Shown here piece by piece: positions 1 through 7,348 of a stretch of 64,000 nt of DNA. Location: the IMG/VR virus record IMGVR_UViG_3300025133_009608, positions 252,665 through 316,664 of that record. One strand, written 5' to 3'. The notes beneath the pieces are model-generated. The model made no database searches and was not told where the DNA came from. It saw nothing but the letters and a program-made list of their open reading frames with translations. Each line of letters begins with the position of its first letter. Within the stretch, counting starts at the first letter, position 1. The position numbers and the translations under genes were made by a program.

Positions 1-294
1 TTTTTCATGCCACTCTATAATTTCCGGCTGAGATAGAAGCCCAACGGTTTCTCCGGGAGTATATGCAACAAGATCTGGGTTTAATCTGAAATCTTTATCG
101 CCATAACCTTTGGTTTTTTTATCCAAAAGATGTTGGCGTAATTCTGGCCAATTCTCCTCAGATATGTATGGCTTTTTTCCTTCATTATCCGAGCCCAATT
201 GGGCTCTTTCAAATTCTGATAGCTCAATTTTTGGGCGATCGGCAGAAGACTGCTTAAAGAGTCTTTTTAGATGTAATTTTCTAAAACTTTTCAT
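1..294 (-). CDS. Hypothetical protein, truncated by the window edge; N-terminus carries the R-x3-[IL]-x2-L-x-K-x-[AS] motif
   Basis: Not in the ORF track. The ATG at 294 overlaps the upstream TGA (ATGA), and the frame is open to base 1: MKSFRKLHLKRLFKQSSADRPKIELSEFERAQLG... Confidence 0.8.
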   Translation of the reverse strand, partial: MKSFRKLHLKRLFKQSSADRPKIELSEFERAQLGSDNEGKKPYISEENWPELRQHLLDKKTKGYGDKDFRLNPDLVAYTPGETVGLLSQPEIIEWHEK

Positions 295-650
295 TGTTTC
301 TCAATCTTAATTACCATTACATTATTAGGATCGAATATTACCCAATTTCCATCCAAATAAATGGAATCAAACCCTTGCTCTTGAATTTGCTGCAGGTAAA
401 GCTTGTCATATTCGCCCCATCCGGCGGTTCTGCCAACTGATAGTTCGACTTCCATTATATATTTTGATGATATAGCCCCAGATTCACCATTTAATATTTT
501 ATCTTTATCTTCGTGGAACCACATAACGCCCTGAGCTCCCATGCTGGGATCGAAAACATGAATAGGAACATTGCTACCATGATAGGCAGTAACTACTTCC
601 TTGTCGGCTGCGATTTTATGCAAACTTGTTATTTTGCTAAAACGATTCAC
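291..650 (-). CDS. Small ADP-ribosyltransferase-like protein (ART-PolyVal-like) with N-terminal LHKIA leader motif
   Basis: AYHGS...FD...G-x-WF, MEVEL, GFDSI and WVIFDPNNV follow the ART domain pattern of phage polyvalent proteins. Leader MNRFSKITSLHKIA; GTG start with AGGA upstream. Confidence 0.7.
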   Translation of the reverse strand: MNRFSKITSLHKIAADKEVVTAYHGSNVPIHVFDPSMGAQGVMWFHEDKDKILNGESGAISSKYIMEVELSVGRTAGWGEYDKLYLQQIQEQGFDSIYLDGNWVIFDPNNVMVIKIEKQ

Positions 651-664
651 TTTAACCTAGTCCT

Positions 665-693
665 TACGCTTGAAGAGCATTGATTATCAATAG
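665..693 (-). promoter_or_regulatory. Candidate phage promoter element (CTATT ... TTCAAGCGTA)
   Basis: Minus strand reads CTATTGATAATCAATGCTCTTCAAGCGTA. It shares TTCAAGCGTA with 7313-7322 and CTATTRATAATCAA with 29419-29432. Confidence 0.5.
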
Positions 694-699
694 AAATTT

Positions 700-2523
700 T
701 CACTCAACGGAAACGGATTTTGCCAAATTACGAGGCATATCGACCGAACAGCCCCTCTCTATTGCCAAATAGTACGAAAATAATTGACATGGAACCAAAA
801 ACATCAGTGGATTCAAAACTTTATTCGAGCAAGTTGGAATTTCAATGTAGTCATCAACAATATTTCGTAGCTCATCAGAGCATTTATCTTCGAATATCCC
901 GATCACCGTTCCTTTCCTTGCCTTTATCTCTCTAATATTTGAAATCATTTTCTCCTCAGATGCATCAGCGGAAACCAGCGCTAATGTTGGCATTTCTTCC
1001 GAAATCAAGGCCAGAGGCCCGTGCTTCAACTCAGCAGCGGAGTATCCTTCGGCGTGAATATAGCTTATTTCTTTTATTTTCAATGCAGCCTCTTTTGCGA
1101 CCACTTCTAATGGCCCTCGGCCGATCGTTAGCATGTTATTATATTTTGCATATTTTTTGGCCAACACCTTGAGTTTGTCGGCAGACTCAAGCGCTCCAAG
1201 CATAGCGCCCGGAAGACTTTTAAACTCAGACAGCAAAGACTCGTAACTTAGTCGAGCAAAATCTCTTTTTGCCCCGATCATTGCAGCCATAGCTAGCATC
1301 GCTGTTATTTGGTTCATAACAGCCTTGGTCGATGCCACAGACACCTCTTTTCCTGCACGAATATATATTCCTGCGTCGACCATCTTTGAAATTGTAGAAT
1401 TTGGAACATTTACAATTCCAACATTTAATGCCCCATGGTTCTTAAATGCCTTTATGCATCCAATTGTATCCGCTGTTTCTCCGGACTGAGAAACTGACAC
1501 CAAAACCGTTCCGCCCGTAACAACTGCGTTGTAATATTTCAATTCACCGGCAGGAATCGCTCTGGTTCTTATTCTTGCGATTGTTTCCATCGCCATCGCT
1601 CCGATTTGCGCAGCATAAAATGCCGATCCGCATCCGGTAAATATTATCTCTTCTGCTTCTAGCAGATTATTAACAACAGAATCAATCCCGCCAATTCTAA
1701 TTTCGTCATCGCAAACTCTCCCCGTAATAGCCGTCCTCAAGTAGTCCGGCTGTTCGAATATTTCTTTTTCCAAAAAATGAGCATAATCACCCAAATGATA
1801 TTGTGACTCTACAAGTTCTACTTTTTCAAACTTCGCGTCTACTCCCGCCCCGTCTAAAGCGTGCATCTTTACCGCCCCACCTCGGGCGATTATCGCCAAA
1901 CGGTTGTCTGCCATTGTAACTACATTATCTGCACCGGACGGCAGAGATCCGAAATCAGAGGATATAAATATATTATCATCCGAATCCTTAGCGATGCAGG
2001 CGGGGGAGCCTAGTCTGGCGACAAAAAGCCTATCCTTATGATCCAAATGTGTGAATACCATTGCATATGCTCCACGTATCGATCTAAGGGCGGCAATTAT
2101 GGCATCTTTTATATCTAAATTTGCAGAATAAAACTGAATTAAGTTTGGAACTATTTCGCTATCCGTATCCGAGGCAAACTTAAACCCCTCCTTTTCGAGG
2201 AAGCTCTTTAGCTCGGCATAATTTTCAATAATTCCATTATGTACCAAGGCAATTTTTTTATCATTTGAAAAATGAGGATGAGAATTAACTATACTTGGGA
2301 CTCCGTGTGTTGCCCATCTATTATGCCCGAATGATAATCCAAATGATTCGGCCTCTTCGGCTAATAGCTCCGGGTGACCTACGCACTTTTCGATCAAAAA
2401 CTCACTATTTACTACCGAGACGATTCCAGCGGAATCATATCCGCGGTAAGCAAGCCGCTCCAGCCCCGATCTCACTATGTCATATGAATTTTCATCTCCA
2501 ATATATCCAAATATTCCACACAT
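700..2523 (-). CDS. glmS: Glutamine--fructose-6-phosphate aminotransferase (isomerizing)
   Basis: MCGIFG Ntn cysteine start, YRGYDSAG, GHNRWATHG, HNGIIEN, SQSGETAD, VASTK, ELKHGP and C-terminal PRNLAKSVSVE; GGAGG RBS. Confidence 0.97.
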   Translation of the reverse strand: MCGIFGYIGDENSYDIVRSGLERLAYRGYDSAGIVSVVNSEFLIEKCVGHPELLAEEAESFGLSFGHNRWATHGVPSIVNSHPHFSNDKKIALVHNGIIENYAELKSFLEKEGFKFASDTDSEIVPNLIQFYSANLDIKDAIIAALRSIRGAYAMVFTHLDHKDRLFVARLGSPACIAKDSDDNIFISSDFGSLPSGADNVVTMADNRLAIIARGGAVKMHALDGAGVDAKFEKVELVESQYHLGDYAHFLEKEIFEQPDYLRTAITGRVCDDEIRIGGIDSVVNNLLEAEEIIFTGCGSAFYAAQIGAMAMETIARIRTRAIPAGELKYYNAVVTGGTVLVSVSQSGETADTIGCIKAFKNHGALNVGIVNVPNSTISKMVDAGIYIRAGKEVSVASTKAVMNQITAMLAMAAMIGAKRDFARLSYESLLSEFKSLPGAMLGALESADKLKVLAKKYAKYNNMLTIGRGPLEVVAKEAALKIKEISYIHAEGYSAAELKHGPLALISEEMPTLALVSADASEEKMISNIREIKARKGTVIGIFEDKCSDELRNIVDDYIEIPTCSNKVLNPLMFLVPCQLFSYYLAIERGCSVDMPRNLAKSVSVE

Positions 2524-2597
2524 GCTTTTTCCCTCCGGGTTTCGTAATATCCCTTTAAATTAATAGCTAATTTTTAAATATATTGCGGAGGCTAAAA

Positions 2598-3356
2598 ATG
2601 AAACCAGTTAAATGCTATGACGATCTAGACTACATTCGAGGAAAGGACGCTAGACATATTCGGATACTACTAGAGCACGAACAGGTCAAAACGAGATTGA
2701 AGGACAACAATGTGGAAAATACAGTTGTAATTTTCGGGTCAGCAAGGACGCTTCCGCCATTAGACTTGACGTCAAAAGCTGAAGATGCTCATTTTGCAAA
2801 AGATAAAGAATTTAAAAAACAACTTTCCCAGTCGAGGTACTACGAAGAGTGCATGAAGTTGTCTGGAGACCTGATTGGGTGGTCTGATAAAAACAAGACA
2901 AATATGCATATATGCTCGGGAGGCGGCCCTGGAATTATGGAGGCCGCCAATAAGGGTGCATTTTTGGCCAATCCAAATAAAAGTATCGGATATGGAATAT
3001 CCCTCCCATTTGAGGCAGAAAATAACGAATACATCACAGAAAATTTAAGCTTCGAGTTTCATTACTTCTTTATTCGCAAATTTTGGCTCACATATCATGC
3101 AAGAGCCGTTGTGGCCATGCCCGGTGGATTTGGAACTATGGACGAAATATTCGAGATTCTAACACTAGTACAGTGCCAGAAAATGCCAAAAGTTCCAATA
3201 GTCCTATATGGTAAAGATTATTGGAATTCTATTTTGAACCTTCAGGCATTTGCGGACCACGGAGTGATCTCGGAAGAAGATCTGAATTTATTTAAAATAT
3301 GCGACACCCCGGAAGAGGCTCTGGAGTACTTGACGAAAAGCATGGAGCTGACGTAA
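2598..3356 (+). CDS. LOG/SLOG-family nucleotide monophosphate nucleosidase-like protein (TIGR00730-like)
   Basis: VIFGSAR, SGGGPGIMEAANKGA, FHYFFIRK and PGGFGTMDE. Start moved to ATG 2598 because GGAGG lies at 2587-2591. Confidence 0.92.
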   Translation: MKPVKCYDDLDYIRGKDARHIRILLEHEQVKTRLKDNNVENTVVIFGSARTLPPLDLTSKAEDAHFAKDKEFKKQLSQSRYYEECMKLSGDLIGWSDKNKTNMHICSGGGPGIMEAANKGAFLANPNKSIGYGISLPFEAENNEYITENLSFEFHYFFIRKFWLTYHARAVVAMPGGFGTMDEIFEILTLVQCQKMPKVPIVLYGKDYWNSILNLQAFADHGVISEEDLNLFKICDTPEEALEYLTKSMELT

Positions 3357-3360
3357 ATAT

Positions 3361-3723
3361 TTACTCTCCCTCTTTCGTCTCCGGAAGTTTATTATCCTTG
3401 GTGCCGTCAATATTGTATGTTATTTGCTCTCCATCTTCAAAGGTAATAATGGTGCCATTTATTAAATGCGAAGTAATATGAATGCTTACGAAGTCGTTCA
3501 TTGAGTCGAATACCGCGATCGATCCGCGAGGTGAGGGCGAGAGCCAGTGAAGCATTACCTGTCCTGTTGCCAATAACGCCCCCTCGACTATGACTCCCGT
3601 TCCTGATATCCCCGTTTCGTCATTTTGGCGGCAGACCGTAAAGGTTCTTATGCCCCTAGGAGCAAGTCTCGCTGGAGGGCGCGGCTTCAGATCCTCGTCC
3701 TCTGCTTTTTTCTCATCTTCCAT
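3361..3723 (-). CDS. Conserved phage hypothetical protein
   Basis: F-x-V-x-R-x-x-DETGISGTG-V-x-x-EG...W...S...IH resembles a small protein family I recall from phages. Function unknown. Confidence 0.7.
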   Translation of the reverse strand: MEDEKKAEDEDLKPRPPARLAPRGIRTFTVCRQNDETGISGTGVIVEGALLATGQVMLHWLSPSPRGSIAVFDSMNDFVSIHITSHLINGTIITFEDGEQITYNIDGTKDNKLPETKEGE

Positions 3724-3903
3724 TTAGGCCTCTGCCGCAGGAGACATGCTGTGTACCGCAAGGGTCTCTATCGCATCCTCTTCTGCTGCCTTTATTTCAT
3801 CCATCATTTCCCAAACGCTAGCGTTTTCGTCCATAAGTCTTTCGTTTTCTTTTTCTAGTTCTTTTATCTTGGCGTACGGCCTAAATATGTCTCTAAATTT
3901 CAT
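3724..3903 (-). CDS. 59-aa hypothetical coiled-coil-like protein (below the ORF-track cutoff)
   Basis: MKFRDIFRPYAKIKELEKENERLMDENASVWEMMDEIKAAEEDAIETLAVHSMSPAAEA. ATGA overlap upstream, and its TAA abuts the next ATG, so it fills the gap exactly. Confidence 0.8.
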   Translation of the reverse strand: MKFRDIFRPYAKIKELEKENERLMDENASVWEMMDEIKAAEEDAIETLAVHSMSPAAEA

Positions 3904-6900
3904 GATTCGCCCCTTGTGTGTTGTTGCTCTAAAGGAATGTTTTTTATATCATTTGTCGTTATATGCTTTAAATTTAACGACCCAGAAGAAAGTCTCTCCC
4001 AAGCTCCCTGTGCATGGATATTCATTAATACATAATAAAGATAATTAGAATCTAGCACGCTTTTTGCCGCCGGCCTTACGGCAACTCCTATGTGCTGCGG
4101 CTCGAAAGACTTGACCACTGACCCCACTGACTCTTTCGATCCCTTCCTTATTATCCAAAAATCTGCATCTTCAAAGTTTGTTTTAATCTCGCAGAAACCT
4201 CCGAGCTTGAGCGGGCTGGCAAGCTTATGGAGCTTTGCAATTTTATAAGATCTTCCATCCTCAATTATATTTTCGTTAGGAAAAGCTCCCCACTCAAACT
4301 TCTCCTCATCATCGCCGACTGGACTATAAAGATCGTTGTAATCTCCAGAGGATACCATGGCATCAAAGGTTCTATCTCCATCTAAATATGCTTGAAAAAT
4401 TCTATGATTGCCATCTTCAACAATAAGTTGCTCGTGTTTGGTGTCCCAAAATAATTCCGGGAGCCCTTCCGTCATCGATGGCCTTCCGAGGCGAAGATGC
4501 CTCAAAGTCGAATCGCCCTGACCCTTAGACATAGTGATTTTTTCAAAAGGAATGCCCCTAACCAGGGTGTATCCGCTTTCGCTATCTTCTATTTCTCCAA
4601 GCAGATCCTCCGAGAATGAGAAGGGCATTTTTGAGAATGGAAGCTCCAATTGACGGCCGCTCTGCTTGCGAGCCTCGTTGTCATCGGCCAAATCCTCATC
4701 TTCCTCATATTCTATCTCTTCGAACTGTCCGTATCCTAATTCGTTTTTTGTCTCAAAGTATATTGAGGCCTCTTCCGGCGTTGCCTCGTAATAATCTGAC
4801 AGCCCCTTGTAGCTCATTTCATCGTTCCGATAAATATCGCTAGCGTTCGCCAGAATATAATATGAATCAATAAATTTTGCCGGGATTCTGCCGCGATATC
4901 CATATACGCCCATCTCCCTAGACACCGCCATCGCCGTGCCCGGCATTGCCTCACCTTGGGTGCCGGAGCTGCGAGTTTTGTTGGAAATATAGTCATAAAC
5001 ATTGGTCTGTTCCGACTTGTTATTTATATCATAATCCGGAACAAGTTTGGCCTCATCCTGCAGAGAAAACTCAACGATCATGGGGTCGTCGCCAACCTTA
5101 TCTGCTGTATGTACCGCGTGCGCTCGAGCTTCATCAAATCTGGATGTAAAAAATATTAAATCAGAATGGGCAATATCTTTATAATTCGTCTCTGACACTC
5201 CCGGCCGAAGTCCCGTCTTTAAAATATCTCCCAAATACTTGGTTGACGTACCGTGAAACATGGTCTTTGCAACTCTCCCGCGTATTTCGTGCTTTGATGC
5301 TTCAAACTCATCATCTCCGCCGTAATAAACAACGTTGTTTAGCCCTAGCTCTTTGAATACTTTTTTCACTAAGATTGAAGACTTCGGGTCCAGGGAAAAC
5401 CCCCCTCTTCTTTGCAAGTGAAGATCAGAGCGTGGAGGGTTGGTCCAGGGGGCGTCATGGATCGACCCAACAAGAACGTCAGAGCGCCCCTCATCGTCGA
5501 TTGCCGTGTATAGATCCTCTAAGATCTCCCAGTCTTTATACTTCATCCCTATTTCGGTATTTATTTCATCTATAATGTCATCAGGTATGGGCTCATCATC
5601 ATCTTCGAATCTCCATATTTTGGAGCCAAACGCAACAATCGAAGATCCGCTGCCGTAGATATGCATAGCAATTTTATGTAAGCTTGCAATCTTGTCCATT
5701 CTAGCGCTGATATCAAAGTGAGCTAGAGCCAATAGAACCCCCGGATGAACATCAAGACTCGAAACCTCGTCTAAATCGACAATCTTCCAATCTGTATGCT
5801 CCCAGTTTAGCGTCGGGCTTATCGAGCCCATTACGTCCGCAGTAACTTCCAGCAGAAACGTCGTAAAAGTAAAGCTGCCATCTTTAAAAACATAATTATC
5901 TACAAACCTTCCAGATGGTATGCCTCCGATCTCCTCTTCGGCCTCATGGATTGCAGATTCTTTCGGATCCCTCCCGCCCCCGTTAGAGTCCCTCGGAATG
6001 GCCCCTCCAGAAATGCCCCACAATCCCGGGTTCTCAACGTATGGTGAGCGCTTGAGTAATAATATTCTTTCGCCGTCCGTTATCATTATGCCCGAGGCTG
6101 CTGAGCCCCAGTACTTCCCGACAAAGCCTTCGTCCCGGTAGTCCGTGGCTACTTTATTTAATTTCGCGATCTTTCTTTGACGCTTGGACATCTCCTCGTC
6201 ATATCCATCGGACTGGCCAATTACCTCTCCGCCTGGAAGCACCGCCCTCCAGGTGCTGCCCACGGTCTTCTCGTGCTCAGCTATATAATCGACATAATCA
6301 TTTCCACCATAATGAAATGTTAATTCATAATTTGGATACCCAGAATCCTCTACCACATATAGTATTCTGTTCTTTCCCGAGAATCCAATTGGCATCATTG
6401 AGCGAAGATTTTGATGACGCCAATCGTTATCACTTTTTATATTTATAAGCTCTGGAGCGGCGGCGCTTAGGGCATCGACCGAGACTCTTAGCTTTTCCCA
6501 TGAGCCCTTAAAGGCATTATTTCTAGTGGTTTCGATTAAGTCTTCATAATCTTGAATCTTATCTTCGACCCCCTCTACCATTTGGTTGTTGCGCCTTATG
6601 ATTCCTTCAATTATTTTATTATAACGTTTAATGTTCTCATCTTTATAACGATGAGCCTCGACCTCCATGAGGTGATTCGCATAAGAAATGAAGACATCTT
6701 TGAATAAACCATAGAATCGCTCTCTCTGTCTTTTTATCCTATTCTTAAATCCAGGATGGTTTTCGATTAAAATATTTCCTAGGTCGTCTATCTTATCCGA
6801 ATAGTCCCAAAGTCTAATTTCATCATATATCTTATTGTAAAAATCTGGATTAAGATTTCCCGAGTATCCCCAGCCACTTCTAGCGCCGTGGAAGACAAGG

Positions 6901-7286
6901 CTGCCCTCAAACGTGCGAAAGAATTGGTCAGCAGAAGACCCAATAATCCTGGATATATTCGGCAGTACAAAATCTTCGTCAACCATAGCATCTGGGCTGC
7001 GAGTTTCATAAGTTATGCCAATCATTAATTTATTATCTCCGCGGGTCGTGGCGGTGCTCGATGCGGAAGATGCGGATCCAAAATTATCGGTCATATAGAC
7101 GCCACCATGAGTCTTTATGGAGCTTGTGCCGGCCCCGCGTCCAAACTCATCGTTATAAACGGGGGGCTTATTTGGCAATAATCCTTCTTTTAGGATCCCC
7201 CTTAAATTATTTGAGGTTGTTCCGTGCCAAAATAGCTTTCTTTCGGCAATCTTGTGCAGCCTCGATATTTGCCCCGAGCGATTCAC
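3900..7286 (-). CDS. Multidomain effector polyprotein: ART-like / Nudix / ART-like / ParB-Srx-like / HsdS-like modules separated by a repeated motif
   Basis: FWHGTT..LRGILKEGL and GGVYMT (ART); ILLLKRS..PGLWGISGG..AIHEAEEEIG (Nudix); MFHGTS..ILKTGL, IFFTS and YRGRIPAKFI (ART); IVEDGNHRI (ParB/Srx); LDSNYLYYVL..GSLNLKHITTNDIKNIPL (HsdS-like). Confidence 0.8.
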   Translation of the reverse strand: MNRSGQISRLHKIAERKLFWHGTTSNNLRGILKEGLLPNKPPVYNDEFGRGAGTSSIKTHGGVYMTDNFGSASSASSTATTRGDNKLMIGITYETRSPDAMVDEDFVLPNISRIIGSSADQFFRTFEGSLVFHGARSGWGYSGNLNPDFYNKIYDEIRLWDYSDKIDDLGNILIENHPGFKNRIKRQRERFYGLFKDVFISYANHLMEVEAHRYKDENIKRYNKIIEGIIRRNNQMVEGVEDKIQDYEDLIETTRNNAFKGSWEKLRVSVDALSAAAPELINIKSDNDWRHQNLRSMMPIGFSGKNRILYVVEDSGYPNYELTFHYGGNDYVDYIAEHEKTVGSTWRAVLPGGEVIGQSDGYDEEMSKRQRKIAKLNKVATDYRDEGFVGKYWGSAASGIMITDGERILLLKRSPYVENPGLWGISGGAIPRDSNGGGRDPKESAIHEAEEEIGGIPSGRFVDNYVFKDGSFTFTTFLLEVTADVMGSISPTLNWEHTDWKIVDLDEVSSLDVHPGVLLALAHFDISARMDKIASLHKIAMHIYGSGSSIVAFGSKIWRFEDDDEPIPDDIIDEINTEIGMKYKDWEILEDLYTAIDDEGRSDVLVGSIHDAPWTNPPRSDLHLQRRGGFSLDPKSSILVKKVFKELGLNNVVYYGGDDEFEASKHEIRGRVAKTMFHGTSTKYLGDILKTGLRPGVSETNYKDIAHSDLIFFTSRFDEARAHAVHTADKVGDDPMIVEFSLQDEAKLVPDYDINNKSEQTNVYDYISNKTRSSGTQGEAMPGTAMAVSREMGVYGYRGRIPAKFIDSYYILANASDIYRNDEMSYKGLSDYYEATPEEASIYFETKNELGYGQFEEIEYEEDEDLADDNEARKQSGRQLELPFSKMPFSFSEDLLGEIEDSESGYTLVRGIPFEKITMSKGQGDSTLRHLRLGRPSMTEGLPELFWDTKHEQLIVEDGNHRIFQAYLDGDRTFDAMVSSGDYNDLYSPVGDDEEKFEWGAFPNENIIEDGRSYKIAKLHKLASPLKLGGFCEIKTNFEDADFWIIRKGSKESVGSVVKSFEPQHIGVAVRPAAKSVLDSNYLYYVLMNIHAQGAWERLSSGSLNLKHITTNDIKNIPLEQQHTRGES
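4218..4259 (-). repeat. Peptide motif copy 4 (aa 1010-1023): DGRSYKIAKLHKLA, before the HsdS-like module
   Basis: Direct translation. Confidence 0.9.
5667..5711 (-). repeat. Peptide motif copy 3 (aa 526-540): ISARMDKIASLHKIA, before the second ART module
   Basis: Direct translation. Confidence 0.9.
6147..6191 (-). repeat. Peptide motif copy 2 (aa 366-380): MSKRQRKIAKLNKVA, before the Nudix module
   Basis: Direct translation. Confidence 0.9.
7245..7286 (-). repeat. Peptide motif copy 1 in the polyprotein (aa 1-14): MNRSGQISRLHKIA
   Basis: Direct translation. Confidence 0.9.
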
Positions 7287-7312
7287 TTAAATTCTCCAAT
7301 TTGCTTTCATTC

Positions 7313-7343
7313 TACGCTTGAATATTAGCAAATTTTCAAATAG
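7313..7343 (-). promoter_or_regulatory. Candidate phage promoter CTATT-N12-AATAT followed by TTCAAGCGTA
   Basis: Minus strand reads CTATTTGAAAATTTGCTAATATTCAAGCGTA, upstream of a GGAG RBS and the polyprotein start. Confidence 0.55.
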
Positions 7344-7348
7344 TTAAA

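Noticed and set aside
2524-2597. glmS ribozyme upstream of glmS
   Set aside because: The gap is only 74 nt, AT-rich, shared with the divergent gene and too short for the ribozyme fold.
3353-3364. Perfect 12-bp palindrome GTAAATATTTAC
   Set aside because: It is largely explained by two convergent TAA stop codons and is too weak to be a terminator.
6189-6200. Internal translation start at MSKRQRK preceded by GAGGAG
   Set aside because: The SD-like sequence abuts the ATG with no spacer and encodes Glu-Glu. It may be a fusion relic but is not supportable as an active start.
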